29,957 nucleotides of DNA, taken from a virus. The translations under genes were made by a program, and so were the position numbers. Positions 17,517 to 24,345 of the stretch are shown here, in pieces (the first letter of the stretch is position 1; each line of letters begins with the position of its first letter). The stretch covers positions 1-29,957 of IMG/VR virus record IMGVR_UViG_3300045988_042754; one strand, given 5' to 3'. The notes below the pieces were generated by a model that was given only the letters and a program-made list of their open reading frames with translations, had not been told where the DNA came from and made no database searches.

Positions 17517-18779
17517 ATGACCCGTTTTCGTAAACGTCTCATGGCGTTTCTAGCGGCGGTGCTGGCAATGTTCACGTTCACTCCCATGGCGTTCGCGGAC
17601 ATGCAGGGCATCGACGTGTCCAACTGGCAGTGCGGCATCGATATCGCCGGCACGCAGGCGGACTTTGTGGTGGTAGGCACCACATGGGGCACCGGACAGG
17701 TCAACAACAACTGCCTGGTCTCCGGCGTCAACACGGACGCCAACCGCATGATCGCCCAGGCGCAGGCATCCGGCAAGAAATTCGGCTTGTATCACTACGC
17801 GATGGGCGGCAACCCCGAGGCGGAAGCCCAATTCTTCTGGCGGAATACGTCGAACTATTGGCGTCACGGCATCGTGGCGCTCGACTGGGAGATGGACGAC
17901 AACCCCGCATGGGGCAACTGGGACTGGGTACGCCGCTTCTTGGCGGAATGCGAACGATTGAGCGGCGGTGTGCGCCCATTGCTGTACACCGGCCCTGTGG
18001 CTGGTACCATCCCGCAGGACATCCGCGACCGGTACGGTTTGTGGATCGCCCAGTACGCTAACATGAGCCCGACCGGCTACCAGGCCAATCCGTGGATGCT
18101 GGGCGCGTACGGTGAGGCCATGCGCCAGTACTCCGGCACTGGCGTGGTCAACACGTGGAGTCCCATTGACCTCGACCTGTTCCGTGGCGAGGCATGGCAG
18201 TGGGATTTGTACGCCAACCCTACCGGCGGATCCACGCCACCGGCCACACCGGCCCCATCAGCGCCCGTGCAGCCGAGCACTCCACAGCCCACTCCCAACA
18301 CGGGTGGCATCAGCCACACCATGCAGTGGGGTGAGACCATCTGGGGACTCGCCGTAGCCTACAATGCTTGGCCCCTGTCCGCATGGCATACGCCAAGCGG
18401 TGACATCAACCGCTACTACGTGGGTGATGTCGTCACCTACGGTGGCGGTTCTACTGCCACCCCCGCACCGTCCGTCGATTACAACGCGCTCGCCACCGCC
18501 GTTATTCGCGGCGACTATGGCAACGACCCGTATCGTCGGCAGCGTCTTGGCGGTAACTACGACAAGGTGATGGCGATTGTGAATGCGCGTCTGAGTGGTC
18601 AGGCCGCGCCGTCGTACACGGCGTCGAACGCGCCGAACTACGGGCGTTCCTATGTGGTTCGTGCCAATGACACGCTAAGCGGCATCGCCGCCCGGTATGG
18701 CATCAGCTACACGCTGATCCATGGGTACCGTTCCGGCAACCCCGCTCTGATCTATCCAGGTGAGGTTCTGTACTGGTAG
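17517..18779 (+). CDS. Endolysin: Sec-type signal peptide + GH25 muramidase + Pro-rich linker + LysM + CW_7 + LysM
   Basis: The N-terminus is MTRFRKRLMAFLAAVLAMFTFTPMAFA|DMQGIDVSNWQ, where GIDVSxWQ marks the start of GH25. The linker is PPATPAPSAPVQPSTPQPTP. The CW_7-like motif is LATAVIRGDYGNDPYRRQRLGGNYDKVMAIVNARL. The C-terminal LysM is YVVRANDTLSGIAARYGISY...IYPGEVLY. Confidence 0.85.
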   Translation: MTRFRKRLMAFLAAVLAMFTFTPMAFADMQGIDVSNWQCGIDIAGTQADFVVVGTTWGTGQVNNNCLVSGVNTDANRMIAQAQASGKKFGLYHYAMGGNPEAEAQFFWRNTSNYWRHGIVALDWEMDDNPAWGNWDWVRRFLAECERLSGGVRPLLYTGPVAGTIPQDIRDRYGLWIAQYANMSPTGYQANPWMLGAYGEAMRQYSGTGVVNTWSPIDLDLFRGEAWQWDLYANPTGGSTPPATPAPSAPVQPSTPQPTPNTGGISHTMQWGETIWGLAVAYNAWPLSAWHTPSGDINRYYVGDVVTYGGGSTATPAPSVDYNALATAVIRGDYGNDPYRRQRLGGNYDKVMAIVNARLSGQAAPSYTASNAPNYGRSYVVRANDTLSGIAARYGISYTLIHGYRSGNPALIYPGEVLYW

Positions 18780-18797
18780 CGTCGGCGTGTAGAATAT

Positions 18798-18838
18798 GAG
18801 GCGTATCCCGTAACAGGAGTACGCCTCTACTGTTTCTT
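18798..18838 (+). terminator. Hairpin followed by ACTGTTTCTT tail between endolysin and holin
   Basis: GAGGCGTA (18798-18805) pairs with TACGCCTC (18820-18827), followed by TACTGTTTCTT. Confidence 0.45.
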
Positions 18839-18849
18839 GGAAAGGAACC

Positions 18850-19140
18850 ATGATGGATATTACAGCCGCAACCACGCTGGCAGGTTCTCTGGTGGCTCTT
18901 GTCACCCCCGCGTTCGTGCAGGCGTTCAAGAAGTACATTCCGACCGAATACACGGGTCTTGTGTCCCTGGCCGTGTCCCTCGTGTTCGGTACCGTCGCCA
19001 TCGCCGCGACCGGTGGATTTTCCGGCAACGGCTGGGGTGTCGTGCTTGCCGCCGTCGTGGGCGTCTCCCAGACCGTGTACACGGTCGTGAATCAGGCGCT
19101 TGGCGGTCAGCTGTCTAAGGATGCTTTGGAAGGCAAATAG
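18850..19140 (+). CDS. Holin (96 aa, 2-3 TM segments, charged C-terminus)
   Basis: It lies adjacent to the endolysin gene. Hydrophobic segments LAGSLVALVTPAFV, LVSLAVSLVFGTVAIAA and WGVVLAAVVGV are present. Tandem ATGATG starts occur at 18850 and 18853. Confidence 0.65.
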   Translation: MMDITAATTLAGSLVALVTPAFVQAFKKYIPTEYTGLVSLAVSLVFGTVAIAATGGFSGNGWGVVLAAVVGVSQTVYTVVNQALGGQLSKDALEGK

Positions 19141-19157
19141 TCTTCCATCGGATATGA

Positions 19158-19197
19158 TGAAGCCCCGGTCGTGGTGATCGGGGCTTCACTTTTTTTC
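19158..19197. terminator. Strong stem-loop terminator separating the convergent plus and minus arms
   Basis: TGAAGCCCCG (19158-19167) pairs with CGGGGCTTCA (19179-19188), followed by CT and T7 on the plus strand. The minus-strand operon also ends here. Confidence 0.8.
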
Positions 19198-19204
19198 GGG
19201 GGCT

Positions 19205-19519
19205 TTAATACCGGTCGGCTTCATGCCGTAGGAACGCCGCTATTGCTGTTGCGGTGGCGTACCCTACTGCTTGTACCGCCTTACGCCGTTCGCCTCTTAG
19301 GATGACGGTTACGGCAAGAAACACTGGCAATGTGACGTAGGGGGCGGCGCACCAACCGCAATCGGCTAGCGCGTCCAAGTGTCCGACTGTCATGTGTTCC
19401 CGCCACCATGCGCGGGCGTTTTCGAAGACATGCGCCGGACCGTCCGACACCTGTATGACTGTGATGGCATATCCAGCGATAAGCCCGGCGACGATGCTGT
19501 TTCTTATCGTATGGTTCAT
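19205..19519 (-). CDS. Small multi-pass membrane protein with CxxC (DUF1360-like)
   Basis: ATGA overlap with the upstream gene. About 3 hydrophobic segments are present. The ALADCGWCAAPYV motif resembles the C-x-W-C motif I associate with DUF1360 proteins. Confidence 0.45.
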   Translation of the reverse strand: MNHTIRNSIVAGLIAGYAITVIQVSDGPAHVFENARAWWREHMTVGHLDALADCGWCAAPYVTLPVFLAVTVILRGERRKAVQAVGYATATAIAAFLRHEADRY

Positions 19520-19752
19520 AGCTGATTCATGTCCTTTACGGCGTGGCCGTCATATTCGGCGAACGGTGGTTGGAGCCTGTGCTGACGGGTGAGTTCGCCT
19601 CTCAAACTGGAGCCGGGCGGTACGATCATGGCGAACGTGCCGTGCTTCATGGCCCAATCGCGGCCGGAGTCCAGATACGCCTTGGAAGCAGGGTCACATG
19701 TCGGGCATTTGTCGAACACCAGTCGTAACGGTGGCTTGCGTGTCTTGCTCAA
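19516..19752 (-). CDS. Glutaredoxin/NrdH-like thioredoxin-fold protein (78 aa)
   Basis: The TTG start lies 8 nt after AAAGGA. LRLVFDKCPTCDPASKAYLD matches the beta1-CPxC-alpha1 pattern. The C-terminal QPPFAEYDGHAVKDMNQL parallels the glutaredoxin TVPQIFIxGxHIGGxDDL motif. Confidence 0.55.
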   Translation of the reverse strand: MSKTRKPPLRLVFDKCPTCDPASKAYLDSGRDWAMKHGTFAMIVPPGSSLRGELTRQHRLQPPFAEYDGHAVKDMNQL

Positions 19753-20240
19753 TGTTCGAATCCTTTCATGAAACGCTGGAAGTCGACATCGTCTTTGAAT
19801 AGCCGGTACCAGTCGATGCAGGCGTTGACTTTGCCCTCATGATCGCAGAACCGGTCGAGGATACCTGTTTCGGTTTCATGCTCGGTGAGGTACAGGCCGA
19901 TATCGATGAATACCAGATGGTCCACCTCGATGCCGCCATCCTTGTATCCGATGAGCGCCACGTTTTCGTCGTGGATCCATAGGTTGTCGGGGTGTAGGTA
20001 TGTTTCGTGTCCGGCGAGAGCGTAATAGGTGCGTCCGGTGCGGATGGCCTCGCTTGCCGGTGCGTCTCCGAAACATGCGCCGTGGAACACGTCGCCTTGG
20101 ATATAACCATGGTCGGTGATTCCATCGATGCTGCTGTACCGGTATGCTTCCGCCTTGGTCCAGTCTGTGTCGGCGTCGTATGGTGGCAGCACCTTAGTGT
20201 CGAGTGTGTAGGTGATGGTTTGGATGATGTCTGTGAACAT
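19749..20240 (-). CDS. Hypothetical protein (163 aa), accessory
   Basis: SD AAGGAG lies 6 nt before the ATG. It has its own upstream AAGGTGTTACACTGG element. I recognise no family. Confidence 0.6.
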   Translation of the reverse strand: MFTDIIQTITYTLDTKVLPPYDADTDWTKAEAYRYSSIDGITDHGYIQGDVFHGACFGDAPASEAIRTGRTYYALAGHETYLHPDNLWIHDENVALIGYKDGGIEVDHLVFIDIGLYLTEHETETGILDRFCDHEGKVNACIDWYRLFKDDVDFQRFMKGFEH

Positions 20241-20275
20241 GGGTTGCTCCTTGATGTTTATTGGGTTGGCACTTA

Positions 20276-20290
20276 CCAGTGTAACACCTT
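20276..20290 (-). promoter_or_regulatory. Extended -10-type promoter element AAGGTGTTACACTGG (copy 1)
   Basis: TGtTACACT fits TGn-TAnnnT. The element lies 36-50 nt upstream of start codon 20240. Confidence 0.5.
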
Positions 20291-20293
20291 GTG

Positions 20294-20322
20294 TGGATTT
20301 TTTCCGGCGTTTCTGCTATAAT
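20294..20322 (+). promoter_or_regulatory. Orphan plus-strand promoter: TGGATT-N17-TATAAT with TGc extended -10
   Basis: TGCTATAAT lies at 20314-20322. It sits back to back with the minus-strand element at 20276-20290. No plausible plus-strand CDS follows. Confidence 0.5.
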
Positions 20323-20327
20323 CGGTG

Positions 20328-20434
20328 AACGTGAGATTGCAGGCGGTCTCCTTACGCCTCCCTCGCGTTGGGTGATGAATGCTGAAGCCCGACCGGTTTT
20401 ATTGGGTTCCCCGGTCGGGCTTCACTGTTTCTTG
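20328..20434 (+). ncRNA. Candidate ~105-nt small RNA (promoter-to-terminator unit)
   Basis: The predicted transcription start is about 20328, after the TATAAT. An internal hairpin AGGCG/CGCCT displays the loop GTCTCCTTA, followed by CCTCCC. The unit ends in a 13-bp terminator hairpin followed by ACTGTTTCTT. Confidence 0.3.
20384..20434. terminator. 13-bp perfect stem-loop, with a T-rich tail on the plus strand only
   Basis: GAAGCCCGACCGG (20384-20396) pairs with CCGGTCGGGCTTC (20411-20423), followed by ACTGTTTCTTG. The same 11-mer tail follows the 18798 hairpin. The stem-loop lies 20 nt downstream of the minus-strand gene at 20444-20890. Confidence 0.65.
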
Positions 20435-20443
20435 ACGTGGATG

Positions 20444-20890
20444 CTAGATCTTCCAGTCGATGTTGTCTTCACCGACCTCATCGTTCCACTTGTCGTTATG
20501 GCTTCCGTCCGCATTGAAGTAAGAGGCGAGCTGTGCGGCGTCCATGGTCAGGCCGTCTCCCATGACAACGATGGGGCTTGACATGACTACACCGGTTTCG
20601 GCCTTGAACGTCCCGTATGGCATGTGTACGACCGTATGGTGTTCGCCGTCCGAACAAAGGTCCGGGGTGAACGGTTTCAACGGCGTGATTTCAATGCGGT
20701 AGGCGTCCCCGGCGTATGGTTTCGGGTCGGACAGCAGTACCGCGCCTGGAAGGATGACTTCGCCCTGGAGGCGTTCGCCGGCCACCTTGTACATGGTTTC
20801 CGCCTTCACATAGGTTTTCACTTCGTCGCTTCCAAGAAGGTACTGGGTTGGTCCGGCGACAGCGTACCAGATCCCGCTTGCGATGTGCAT
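20444..20890 (-). CDS. Hypothetical protein (148 aa), single gene insulated by hairpins
   Basis: The start was moved to ATG 20890 after AAAGGA. The ORF-track N-terminal extension runs through a hairpin and intergenic DNA. I recognise no family. Confidence 0.6.
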   Translation of the reverse strand: MHIASGIWYAVAGPTQYLLGSDEVKTYVKAETMYKVAGERLQGEVILPGAVLLSDPKPYAGDAYRIEITPLKPFTPDLCSDGEHHTVVHMPYGTFKAETGVVMSSPIVVMGDGLTMDAAQLASYFNADGSHNDKWNDEVGEDNIDWKI

Positions 20891-20957
20891 TGTGGGGTTC
20901 CTTTCTGTGGGTGGTGTCAACTTCCTGTTGACGGTTTCCAATATAGCGGGTAGGGGA

Positions 20958-20983
20958 AAGCCCCGACACCAAGTCCGGGGCTT
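20958..20983 (-). terminator. Stem-loop after the prim-pol gene
   Basis: AAGCCCCG (20958-20965) pairs with CGGGGCTT (20976-20983). No U-tract follows on the minus strand. Confidence 0.4.
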
Positions 20984-21004
20984 CGACACATTATCCACAC
21001 ATTT

Positions 21005-22000
21005 CTAGAACGAGCCGGTATGAACTGGCTTGAACCGGCGGCGCGGCTTCTCACGCCGGTACGTCACGCACGGATCCTCTCCGCCGCCCGCGCCGCCGAA
21101 CTTGTCCCACGCGGACTTCAGAATCCCGTCACGTTCGGACGCGGCCACCGACTCGCTTTTGCGTTCCGGCGAGACCATGGACACGAACCCGTCCCCCAGT
21201 CCGAGCGCCGTATCCCATGCGCCGTGATGGCCTTCCGACTCCATTCCGGCCAACACCATGGCGAGCTTGCAGAATCCGTCATGACGGCTGGACTTCCCAT
21301 AGGTCGGGTCGGCTATATACTTGTCCATCACCGTTTGTACGGCCTTGCAACGGCCGTTCCGGTCGGTATCCGACGATAGGAGCGGCATGGGCCCGGCCGG
21401 CGTTTCACGCGGCGGCACGGGCTTTGTCTTCATGCGCTCCAGCCACGCTTGCGGTAACGGTGCGATGTCGGCGCGTGTTGGAACGCGACCGAGGCGCGAA
21501 CCGTCCGCAGCATACCATTCGTAGCGTTCACCGGAAGGATGGACGGAAGGCCATGCGCACAGGTAACGGTGCGAGTGCTGTATCGTGTCAACGCCTCCTC
21601 CAACGGCGTCGAAGTGCAGTCCGGCAGGTACCCGGTACAGGCGATGCCGGTACGGATTGTCCTGGTTGCCGTGGCAACTGGTAACGGTCGGCGGAAGTGC
21701 CCCGAGTTCGCTTTCAAGAGCCTCGATGGTCTTAACGCCGTCTTCCTTGACCCGGTGTCCGTCCGGCGCGTCAAGGTCCAGGGCGATGATGTCTTCCGGC
21801 AGTACGACGGCCAAGTTGAAGCCCGCATTACCGCGCCACTTCATGTCGGATTCGAACCAGTGAAGCACGGTCTCACGGTCGGGGTCTTTGCCGTCGTAGC
21901 CGGTGTAGCCTTTGCGTGGCGGAAACTTGTCTTTAGGTGGTAGCGGTATGACCCTCCAGCCTTCGGCCATGTATTCGGGCGCGGCGCATGTGAACAGCAT
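21005..22000 (-). CDS. Bifunctional DNA primase/polymerase (AEP prim-pol family)
   Basis: The start was moved to ATG 22000, 6 nt after AAGGAG. The N-terminus carries EGWRVIPLPPKDKFPPRKGYTGYDG and NLAVVLPEDIIALDLDAPDGH (DxD), and a downstream SHRY motif follows. Confidence 0.7.
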   Translation of the reverse strand: MLFTCAAPEYMAEGWRVIPLPPKDKFPPRKGYTGYDGKDPDRETVLHWFESDMKWRGNAGFNLAVVLPEDIIALDLDAPDGHRVKEDGVKTIEALESELGALPPTVTSCHGNQDNPYRHRLYRVPAGLHFDAVGGGVDTIQHSHRYLCAWPSVHPSGERYEWYAADGSRLGRVPTRADIAPLPQAWLERMKTKPVPPRETPAGPMPLLSSDTDRNGRCKAVQTVMDKYIADPTYGKSSRHDGFCKLAMVLAGMESEGHHGAWDTALGLGDGFVSMVSPERKSESVAASERDGILKSAWDKFGGAGGGEDPCVTYRREKPRRRFKPVHTGSF

Positions 22001-22020
22001 TGTGATCTCCTTATGTGAAT

Positions 22021-22065
22021 GGGGTGTGGCCGGGTGATTGACCACACCCCTAGTGTAACACCTTA
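22021..22065 (-). promoter_or_regulatory. AAGGTGTTACACTAG element (copy 2) followed by a 9-bp leader hairpin
   Basis: On the minus strand the sequence reads TAAGGTGTTACACTA (22065-22051, where TAA is the helicase stop). GGGGTGTGG/CCACACCCC (22050-22021) follows, then the SD and the prim-pol ATG. Confidence 0.45.
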
Positions 22066-23670
22066 GATGTCCCAGGCGGACTGTGAGGCGGTCATGGCCT
22101 GCACAGTGTCCATGGCTGGTTCGGCAACGTCCACCGGTTCCGTGTAGACGATGCGACGGGTCGGACGGCCGTGGAGCTTGCGGCCGGTTTTCTCGATCTG
22201 GATGCCGTACAACAGCAGGGCGTCCATGTTGCGGGTGAGGGCGTCACCCAAGCCTTTCGGACTGTTCGGCAAGCTACCGCCATACTTGTCGATGTTGCCA
22301 AGTTGACGTTTCTTCATGGCGGTCAACAAGTCCCCCATGGTCCACGTGTCGTTTTCCGTGAACACGCCTTCCTGAGCCATGTCCACCATGATAAGCACGG
22401 CGGTGGAGGCATCGGCGTTGTCAAGCTGGCTTTCCTTGGTGCTGGCGACGTACTGGGTGAGCAGGTCTTCGCCGGTAAGCTTGTCGTAGGCGTACACCCA
22501 GTGGCTGAATGCGGCGACACGGGTGGACACGGACGGGTTGGGCACGGTCTTCTCGAACGTGAGCATGATCTGCACGTACCGCAACATGCCACCGAGGATG
22601 CCGGGAATGAGACCGTCCCGCCACGACTCCCAGTTCGCGTTGTACGGCGGCTTGTGTTCGGCGGTGATCTCGATGAACCGGCTGGCCAAATCGGCACCGA
22701 CGCCGCGCAACGTGATGGCGGTCAGAATCGTTGGTTTGAGCATCGTGACGCTTGCCATCTCCGTATCCGTGTACAGCTGCCTCTTGGCGAGCGTGCCGCC
22801 CGTGCTGAAGGCGGTGAGCAAATCGCTGTGTTCGACCACATTGCTGAGGTTGTCGAACGCGGCGAGATAGCCTTGCGCTGCCACGGAGGCAAGGTCATCG
22901 TCATCGCATTTCTCACGGAGGCGGACGCCACGGTTGCCACCCTTGACGGCGAGCGCGTTGTCCACGAGAAGGATATCAGTGTCCATTACTGACGACTTGC
23001 CGTATCCGGCCGGGCCGGACAGGTTCTTGATGGGGATTTTCTCGCTGGGATGAGCGTAGCAGTAGGCGTCCCACAGCCACGACATTTTGACCTGCGTTTC
23101 GTTGAAGCCGGGGAACAGCTTCACGTAATCCGCCATGCTCCGCTCCCAGTCCACATTGAGGTCGGGGCGGGGCATTGGCGCGGTGCGACGTGAGCGACGG
23201 AACACGACGCCTTGCGCAGGCCGTTCCAGTTCCTCGATGATATCGGGGGTGATATGCCACACCGTGCGGTCGTGTTCGCGCGGCTGGCCGCCATCCACCC
23301 AGATTTCGTCTCCAACTCGGGTCATGCGGTAGGGGATGGGGTGTACAGGCCAATCGCCGCTTCCGGCCTTGAAACCGGCGATGGCGGACTTGATAGCGTT
23401 CGGCGTGGGCAGGTATCCGGTTTCGGCGCGTCCGAGTTTGACTGCCTGTGAATACAGGAGCCCCTCAGCGTTATCGGTTACCGGGCTTGCAATCCAACGG
23501 TCCGTTGCGACCGCGAGCAATGCGCCCGTCGTATCGTCCACAAGCCCCGAAAACGTATCCTCGTACCAGTCGAGAAGCTGGCTGTCGGTGAGTTTTTTCG
23601 GCTTGCGTGACGTGTCATTGTCTTCCATGGCGGCATCTTTGGTGCCGGTGGTGGTGATTTCGGTGCTCAT
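22063..23670 (-). CDS. P-loop NTPase, SF3/D5-like replicative helicase (origin-binding helicase candidate)
   Basis: The start was moved to ATG 23670 after AAAGGA. Walker A is GPAGYGKSS and a Walker B-like motif is YLAAFDNLS. It is adjacent to the prim-pol gene. The ORF-track N-terminal extension is translated repeat DNA. Confidence 0.55.
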   Translation of the reverse strand: MSTEITTTGTKDAAMEDNDTSRKPKKLTDSQLLDWYEDTFSGLVDDTTGALLAVATDRWIASPVTDNAEGLLYSQAVKLGRAETGYLPTPNAIKSAIAGFKAGSGDWPVHPIPYRMTRVGDEIWVDGGQPREHDRTVWHITPDIIEELERPAQGVVFRRSRRTAPMPRPDLNVDWERSMADYVKLFPGFNETQVKMSWLWDAYCYAHPSEKIPIKNLSGPAGYGKSSVMDTDILLVDNALAVKGGNRGVRLREKCDDDDLASVAAQGYLAAFDNLSNVVEHSDLLTAFSTGGTLAKRQLYTDTEMASVTMLKPTILTAITLRGVGADLASRFIEITAEHKPPYNANWESWRDGLIPGILGGMLRYVQIMLTFEKTVPNPSVSTRVAAFSHWVYAYDKLTGEDLLTQYVASTKESQLDNADASTAVLIMVDMAQEGVFTENDTWTMGDLLTAMKKRQLGNIDKYGGSLPNSPKGLGDALTRNMDALLLYGIQIEKTGRKLHGRPTRRIVYTEPVDVAEPAMDTVQAMTASQSAWDI

Positions 23671-23688
23671 GTGAGTTCCTTTCTGGTT

Positions 23689-23965
23689 GGGTGACATGTC
23701 CCATGATAGCGGGGTGATGTCACCTTCGGGTGACTTCAAGTCACCCTTTACAATTCCATCACATAATCGGGTGACATGTGAAGTCACCCCGAACATCAAT
23801 GTTACCCACCAAGTCACCCAAGGTCAGACCTACGTATGTAAGGTGTTGGAGCATATCGGGTGACTTGGTTAACCATCCACTCTCTTCCATACGTTTTCAA
23901 GGAAAATTGGCAAGAAAAAATATATATATAGTAGGAACCACAATGTAACCCACCCAAGTTACCCA
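23689..23965. promoter_or_regulatory. Divergent intergenic array of GGGTGAC/GTCACCC heptamers and an AT-rich tract
   Basis: Heptamers lie at 23689, 23719, 23728, 23740, 23769, 23783, 23801, 23813, 23858, 23945 and 23958. GGGTGACTTcAAGTCACCC at 23728-23746 is a perfect palindrome. A6(TA)5 lies at 23915-23930. Dyad units lie at 23801-23819 and 23945-23965. Confidence 0.65.
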
Positions 23966-24011
23966 TTGCCTTATTTGGCGGCTTCGTGAAGGCGGTTTGC
24001 GTACGACGGTG

Positions 24012-24026
24012 AAGGTGTTACACTCG
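24012..24026 (+). promoter_or_regulatory. AAGGTGTTACACTCG element (copy 3)
   Basis: It lies 32 nt upstream of ATG 24058. Confidence 0.5.
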
Positions 24027-24057
24027 TAACCGTCAACCCAAGGAAAGAAAACCCACG

Positions 24058-24345
24058 ATGACACAGGACAAGAAAGCGTTCATGCGCACCATGCCGGACT
24101 ACCCACGCCGAAGCACGCTGCCGAACGGGTCCATCCAACTCAGGCAGCTTCTCGACCGGCGATGGGTGAAGGACGCGGATGGCGAAGGCATCAGGGACGT
24201 GGTGGAGAAAATCACCTACCCGACCACCGGCGCGCCAGTCCGCGAACGATACATGGAAACCCACTACATGTCCCACAGCAAGGACGGTGAGGGCTTCACC
24301 CCTGATTGGGTGTTGCAGGCCGTCCCCGACAATTGGAATCTGTGA
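24058..24345 (+). CDS. Hypothetical early protein (95 aa)
   Basis: SD AAGGAAAG. It is the first gene of the rightward early operon. The composition looks coding, unlike the antisense ORF 23971-24366. Confidence 0.6.
   Translation: MTQDKKAFMRTMPDYPRRSTLPNGSIQLRQLLDRRWVKDADGEGIRDVVEKITYPTTGAPVRERYMETHYMSHSKDGEGFTPDWVLQAVPDNWNL

Noticed and set aside
19753-19763. GTTCGAATCC, the canonical tRNA T-loop sequence
   Set aside because: The flanking bases cannot form a T-stem (CAATG versus CCTTT), and no acceptor or anticodon arms are evident. The sequence lies in the SD/overlap region of two coding genes.
20291-20581. Plus-strand 96-aa ORF spanning the 20241-20443 gap
   Set aside because: It has no SD. 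It reads straight through the 13-bp terminator hairpin and into the antisense of gene 20444-20890. The region is better explained as non-coding, as a promoter, candidate sRNA and terminator.
23689-23965. Heptamer arrays as a CRISPR array
   Set aside because: The repeat units are only 7-9 bp, with 3-20 bp irregular spacing and mixed orientation. This is far from CRISPR repeat and spacer geometry, and no cas genes are present.
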